A DNA stretch of 63,953 nucleotides, counting the filler, from Sphacelaria rigidula (taxonomy: Eukaryota), in the NCBI GenBank assembly GCA_964200075.2. It is 11 parts of 11 records of this genome, joined end to end, with 100 filler letters (N's around TTAATTAATTAA, not from the genome) between each part and the next. Parts side by side here need not be neighbours in the genome. Positions count along the whole stretch, not along the records: positions 58,232 to 63,953 come from CAXNAA020024961.1; 10 more parts are not named here. One strand, 5' to 3'. The notes beneath the pieces were generated by a model. That model was not told the DNA's origin. It did not search any database and saw nothing but the letters and a program-made list of their open reading frames with translations. Position numbers and translations under genes: made by a program. This document shows positions 63,894 to 63,953 of the stretch, piece after piece (positions within the stretch are counted from its first letter, which is position 1; each line of letters begins with the position of its first letter).

Positions 63894-63953
63894 TGTGCGT
63901 GGGGGGGGGGGGGGGGGAAAAAAGGGGAGGGAAAAGTGGAGGGAAAAAGGGAG

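Noticed and set aside
1..63953. Fanzor/TnpB, Cas, giant-virus or prokaryotic defence genes; most short ORFs in the supplied track
   Set aside because: No RuvC, Cas, capsid or similar motifs recognised by eye; most ORFs are antisense shadows or chance frames. A profile-HMM search would be needed to exclude remote relics.

Overview
This window is not one locus. It is 11 unrelated eukaryotic scaffolds of 5,722-5,724 bp, sorted by length and joined by a 100-bp artificial linker (44 N + TTAATTAATTAA + 44 N), so neighbourhoods across linkers are meaningless. Short GT-AG exons in long repeat-filled introns and the LINE family present suggest a brown alga (inference). Host genes seen as exon fragments: the 3' end of RNA polymerase I/III subunit RPAC1/AC40, an ACAP-like PH domain, a possible ankyrin protein, a decayed USP-like protease, and several unknown or low-complexity proteins. 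The rest is mobile DNA: a near-full-length decayed RTE/RTEX-type LINE, an internally deleted hAT element, a pogo-like transposase relic, tRNA-derived SINEs, a solo-LTR-like insert and many MITE families. The most interesting system is the LINE family. (i) Its 3' ends have no poly(A) tail and sit at poly-C/poly-G tracts, several with clear target-site duplications, including inserts of only ~11 and 43 nt. (ii) Its 5' region carries a 63-bp tandem monomer array, seen in two independent copies and with higher-order structure in one. No CRISPR array, rRNA or intact tRNA gene was found.
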